A DNA stretch of 64,000 bases from Octopus bimaculoides (Eukaryota): positions 85,527,073 to 85,591,072 of the forward strand of contig NC_068984.1 of the NCBI RefSeq assembly GCF_001194135.2. The letters are read 5' to 3'. The notes below the pieces were generated by a model. The model searched no databases. It was given only the letters and a program-made list of their open reading frames with translations, and had not been told where the DNA came from. The position numbers and the translations under genes are program-made. This document shows, one piece after another, positions 63,720 through 64,000 of the stretch (its first letter is position 1; each line of letters begins with the position of its first letter).

Positions 63720-64000
63720 TAGCTTAGCTTGCTTACCAGCCACATGGTTCCGAGTTCAATCACACTGCGTGGCATCTTGGGCAAGTGTCTTCTACTATAA
63801 CCTCGGGCCAACCAAAGCCTTGTGAGTGGATTTGGTAGACGGAAACCGAAAGAAGCCCGTCGTATATATGTATATATATGTGTGTGCATGTGTCTGTGTT
63901 TGTCCCCCTAGCATTGCTTGACAACCGATGTTGGTGTGTTTATGTCCCAGTCACTTAGCGGTTCAGCTAAAGAGACCGATAGAATAAGTCCCGGGGCCGA
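63720..64000 (+). mobile_element. Young SINE family B, runs off the window end
   Basis: CpG-intact copy. Confidence 0.9.

Overview
AT-rich, microsatellite-dense eukaryotic DNA with many N gaps. The repeat content (tRNA-derived SINEs, RTE and CR1-type LINE remnants, Penelope-like fragments) points to a coleoid cephalopod, probably Octopus; this is an inference, not a database result. No complete protein-coding gene is recognisable. Nearly all listed ORFs are microsatellite- or gap-derived, and those with recognisable homology are decayed transposon sequence (RTE RT, CR1-type RT, mariner, Tc1). Likely host-gene signals: a well-formed minus-strand core promoter and first exon at ~6.9-7.3 kb, a CRE/TATA promoter candidate at ~30.3-30.8 kb, a few weak candidate exons, and two CpG-depleted domains (~11-22 kb, ~46.7-63.7 kb) suggestive of gene-body methylation. 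Best oddities: (1) a tRNA-headed, TSD-flanked element carrying a minimal hammerhead-ribozyme fold, plus further hammerhead cores in other repeats; (2) a 42-bp perfect palindrome with a 9-bp target-site duplication; (3) a Helentron/HINE-like element; (4) a candidate 3-nt microexon; (5) possible same-phase alternative first exons 23 kb apart.
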